Notes under the pieces: model-generated
Told to the model about the DNA's origin: nothing
Seen by the model: only the letters and a program-made list of their open reading frames with translations
Databases searched by the model: none
Shown: in pieces, positions 49,732 to 52,840 of the stretch
How the letters are laid out: each line of letters begins with the position of its first letter
How positions within the stretch are numbered: position 1 is the first letter of the stretch
From: a virus
Virus record (IMG/VR): IMGVR_UViG_3300045988_082043
Strand: one strand, 5' to 3'
Length of the DNA: 52,840 nt
Translations under genes and position numbers: made by a program

Positions 49732-50667
49732 ATGTCCAAATTCGTAAATCTCGAACAGATCAAGGTGCTTGCCAACAAGGTCAAGTCCGAAGACGCCGCC
49801 CTGGGTACTAAGCTGGAAACGGTCACCACCAAGGTCGATAACCTGGTCGCCGCTGGCGGCGAGGCCAACATCCTCGAAGGCGTCAAGGTCAACGGCGCTG
49901 CCCTGGCTATCTCCGACAAGATGGTTGACATCCTGATCGCCTCCGGCGAGGAGAACGGCACCATCTCCGTCAACGGCGCTGCTGTTGCCATCAAGGGCCT
50001 GGCCGCTCTGGCCTACAAGTCCGAGATCACCGAGGACGAGCTGGGCGAGGCCCTGAAAGCCTCTATCGCCGCGAAGGCCACCAAGGCCGATCTGGACGCT
50101 CTGACCGTCCGCGTGGGCGACATCGAGAAGGCTGGTTATCAGACCGCCGAGCAGGTCCAGGCCGCTATCGCTGCCTCCGGCCACGCTCATTTCGAGGTCG
50201 CTGAGACCGACCCCACCGCTGAGGGCTTCGAGGCTCAGGCCAACGTCATGTACCTGTACATGAACAGCAAGACCAAGCACTATGACATCTACGCCAAGGT
50301 CGGCGAGAGCGTCGTCCTGCTGGATGATACCACCGTCGATCTGAGCGAGTACGCCAAGACAGCCGACGTGACCTCTGCCATCAGCACCGCTATCGCCGCG
50401 CTGAACATCGACCAGTACGCCACCGACGAGGACCTGACCGCCGCCGTTGCGCGTGTGACCGCCCTTGAGACCGCTGTTGCCAACGTCTACACCAAGAAGG
50501 AAGTGGACGACAAGCTGGCGGCCAAGATGGATAAGGCCGACATGGACGCCTACGCCACCGACGAGGAGGCCCAGCAGGCCGCCGCCACCGCCGTTGCCGG
50601 TGCTCAGGCCAGCGACACCGAGTTCAACGCCGCCATGAATGAGGTCTGGACCCCCACCGAGGGCTAA
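49732..50667 (+). CDS. fibrous structural protein (coiled-coil / fibre-like)
   Basis: 311 aa, strong RBS AAGGAGGA, Ala/Thr/Asp-rich with heptad-like segments. Bounded by hairpins on both sides. Confidence 0.6.
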   Translation: MSKFVNLEQIKVLANKVKSEDAALGTKLETVTTKVDNLVAAGGEANILEGVKVNGAALAISDKMVDILIASGEENGTISVNGAAVAIKGLAALAYKSEITEDELGEALKASIAAKATKADLDALTVRVGDIEKAGYQTAEQVQAAIAASGHAHFEVAETDPTAEGFEAQANVMYLYMNSKTKHYDIYAKVGESVVLLDDTTVDLSEYAKTADVTSAISTAIAALNIDQYATDEDLTAAVARVTALETAVANVYTKKEVDDKLAAKMDKADMDAYATDEEAQQAAATAVAGAQASDTEFNAAMNEVWTPTEG

Positions 50668-50745
50668 GGCACCTCCTCGCGTCAGAAACAAATACCAGGG
50701 CCGGGGCGAAATGCCCCGGCTCGCTTATCAGGAGGTGAAACCCAG

Positions 50746-51141
50746 TTGGCTGACGAGAAGAACGTAACTCTGGAACAGTTCAAAGGCTTTATGACCAAGG
50801 CCGACGAGCGGCTGGACAAGTTGGAAGTCGGCAAGGAAAACAAGGTTTCGCCCGTCAGTATCACTATTCCGACGGAGGGGTGGGCCTCCGAGGAGATCGG
50901 GGAGACCGACGAGGAAGGAACCGAGGCATCCTATCCCTTCTACTACGACATCGCGGCGGCGGACGTGACCGCAAAGCACCGGGCGGACGTGACGATCAGC
51001 CGCGAAAGCCTGGATGCGGCGACGGTGTGCGGCCTGTGCCCGACCAGCGAGACGACAGAGGGGAAGATCAGGCTGCGCGCTATGAAGGCACCGACGGAGG
51101 CCATTACGGCGGAATACTGGCTGCGCAGCGGGAAGGAGTAA
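50746..51141 (+). CDS. fibre-associated protein homologous to the C-terminus of 48683..49627
   Basis: 131 aa, TTG start. ITIPTEGWASEE...VCGLCPTSETTEGKIRLRAMKAP parallels FTIPHEAWQSTT...ACELCPTVETASGVLRFWAMKVP. Confidence 0.55.
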   Translation: MADEKNVTLEQFKGFMTKADERLDKLEVGKENKVSPVSITIPTEGWASEEIGETDEEGTEASYPFYYDIAAADVTAKHRADVTISRESLDAATVCGLCPTSETTEGKIRLRAMKAPTEAITAEYWLRSGKE

Positions 51142-51144
51142 TAC

Positions 51145-52840
51145 ATGGCATTAGGACAAGTGAATGTTCCCGGCGCTGCCGGGATGGACGCCGTAGAGGC
51201 GAAGCAGGCCGCTCAGGCGGCCAAGGAAGCGGCTGAGGCCGCCCAGCGCACCGCAGAGAGCGCCGGGAAAACGGCGGACGCCGCCATGCAGAAGGCTGCT
51301 GACGCCGAGACGGCGGCGGGCAACGCGGACAGCAAGGCGGACGCGGCCCTGGATGCGGCCAACACCGCCGCCGGTGCCGCGACGGCTGCCGCCAGCGCCG
51401 CCAGTGCCGCCGAGGAGAGCGCGAACAGCGCCAACACGGCGGCCAACGAGGCCAAGACTGCGGCGAGCAACGCGCAGAAGGCGGCGAACGACGCGCTGGA
51501 AGCCGTGACCAAGCTGACCAGCGTAATCAACAGCGTACCCACCCAGGCGGGCATCTTGACGTACACGGGCGCGGCACAGTCCCCATCGTGGAACGGGTAC
51601 GACACGGAGAAGCTGACCATCGGCGGAACGACCAGCGGCACCAACGCAGGCAGCTACGTTGCGACCTTCACGCCAAAGGAGGGCTACGAGTGGGCCGACG
51701 GCACCAAGACCGCCAAGAGCGTGACCTGGACGATCAGCAAGGCCAGCCTGTCCGTACCCGCGCAGAGCGGGACGCTGACCTACACGGGAAGCGCACAGTC
51801 TCCCCAGTGGAGCAACTACGACAGCAATAAGCTGACCATCGGCGGGACGAGCACCGCCACCAACGCGGGAAGCTATGCCGCGACCTTCACGCCGAAGGCC
51901 AACTACCAGTGGTCCGACGGCAGCACCAGCGCCAAGAGCGTGACCTGGGCCATCGGCAAGGCGGCGGGTAGTTTGACGCTGGCGAAGAGCAGCGTGACGC
52001 TGAACATCTCCTCGCTGACGGAGAGCGTGGCCGTGACCCGCGCGGGCGACGGCGTGATCAGCGCCACGTCCAGCAACACCGCCACGGCAAGGGTGGAGGT
52101 GAGCGGCACCAGCGTGAAGATCACCGGCCTCAAGGCGGGCACCGCTAAGATCACTGTGAAGGTGGCGGCGGGCACCAACCACACCGCGCCCAGCGACAAG
52201 ACCATCAACGTGACGGTCAGCCTGCCCGACACGAGCCTGGCAAACAACACGCCGGACATCATCGCGGCGGCGGCCAAGTCCGGCCAGGCGGCGAACTATT
52301 GGAGCGTGGGCGACAAGGTGGGTATCGCGGTCAATGGCTCTTTCGGAGGACTGAGCTATAACAACACCGTGTACGCCTTCATCCTGGGCTTCAACCACAA
52401 CAGCAGCGTGGAGGGCGGAAACAGCATCCACTTCCAGTTCGGCAAGACGGCGGCTGGTGTGGACATCGCGTTCGTGAACAGCTACGGCTCGACCAGCACG
52501 GGCTTCTGCATGAACACCAGCAACACCAACTCCGGCGGATGGAACAACAGCTATATGCGCAAGACCATCTGCCCGGCGTTCCTGGCGGCCCTGCCGACGG
52601 CCTGGCAGAACATCATCGCGGCCTGCACGAAGTACAGCGACAACACGGGCGGCGGCTCCAACACCGCGAGCTACGTGACAGCGACCTCGGACAAAATCTG
52701 GCTGCTGAGTGAGATGGAGGTCCAGGGTACGAGAAGCTACGCCAACAGCGCCGAGGCGAACTACCAGAAGCAGTACGACTATTACAGGAACGGTAATAGC
52801 AAGGTCAAGTACCAGCACACGGCGACGACGAGCGCCTGCA
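51145..52840 (+). CDS. DGR-target tail fibre (5' part; continues at 1..227, about 607 aa in total)
   Basis: ATG 51145 after GGAAGGAG. No in-frame stop to the window end (checked codon by codon). Ala-rich coiled coil, two ~65-aa tandem Ig-like repeats (LTYTG.AQSP.W...TNAGSY.ATFTPK), a BIG2-like segment, then the DUF6273-like domain leading into VR1. Confidence 0.9.
   Translation, partial: MALGQVNVPGAAGMDAVEAKQAAQAAKEAAEAAQRTAESAGKTADAAMQKAADAETAAGNADSKADAALDAANTAAGAATAAASAASAAEESANSANTAANEAKTAASNAQKAANDALEAVTKLTSVINSVPTQAGILTYTGAAQSPSWNGYDTEKLTIGGTTSGTNAGSYVATFTPKEGYEWADGTKTAKSVTWTISKASLSVPAQSGTLTYTGSAQSPQWSNYDSNKLTIGGTSTATNAGSYAATFTPKANYQWSDGSTSAKSVTWAIGKAAGSLTLAKSSVTLNISSLTESVAVTRAGDGVISATSSNTATARVEVSGTSVKITGLKAGTAKITVKVAAGTNHTAPSDKTINVTVSLPDTSLANNTPDIIAAAAKSGQAANYWSVGDKVGIAVNGSFGGLSYNNTVYAFILGFNHNSSVEGGNSIHFQFGKTAAGVDIAFVNSYGSTSTGFCMNTSNTNSGGWNNSYMRKTICPAFLAALPTAWQNIIAACTKYSDNTGGGSNTASYVTATSDKIWLLSEMEVQGTRSYANSAEANYQKQYDYYRNGNSKVKYQHTATTSAC
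52742..52840 (+). repeat. terminal overlap of the circularised contig
   Basis: 99 nt identical to nt 1-99. Confidence 0.95.

Noticed and set aside
51151-52818. 555-aa minus-strand ORF
   Set aside because: It is the antisense shadow of the tail-fibre gene in high-GC DNA. The translation is Arg/Gly/Ala low-complexity, and the plus-strand frame has clear domain content and continues into VR1.

Overview
The window is a closed circular contig of about 52.74 kb (nt 1-99 are identical to nt 52742-52840). It is a high-GC, Firmicutes-style contractile-tailed phage. Going round the circle: a packaging and head module of lambda type (Nu1-like and GpA terminase, gpW, lambda-family portal, ClpP/S49 protease, gpD-like decoration protein, gpE-like capsid); a P2/PBSX-like tail and baseplate with a -1 frameshifted chaperone; several tail fibres; a lysis cassette (XkdX, XhlA, CHAP-LysM endolysin, holin); an accessory patch (SAP-domain gene, XRE regulator, IS30-family DDE transposase, IS30-HTH-only paralogue); a long rightward early operon rich in DNA-modification genes (circularly permuted C5-MTase, PAPS-reductase-like, ASCH, Dam) plus an HUH Rep-like protein, HD hydrolase, RecU and a sigma/ArpU-like regulator; a leftward operon of about 10 small genes (ArdC-N-like, DUF3560-like and others); and about 1.4 kb of G-rich non-coding DNA before the terminase genes. 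The headline is a complete diversity-generating retroelement (target-VR1 / avd / TR / RT) that straddles the contig junction and has a second, remote VR at 15898-16012. That second VR sits in a non-structural early gene, and all 18 of its differences from the TR fall on TR adenines. Secondary signals: a roughly 95-nt intergenic module repeated before successive genes of the leftward operon (57-nt identical core, compensatory changes in a diverged copy); a 14-bp palindromic operator ACACG-N4-CGTGT placed identically in two leftward promoters; no recognisable tyrosine or serine integrase, with the IS30-type DDE enzyme sitting in the usual integrase slot. All calls come from reading the sequence and ORF translations by eye. 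No database search was run.
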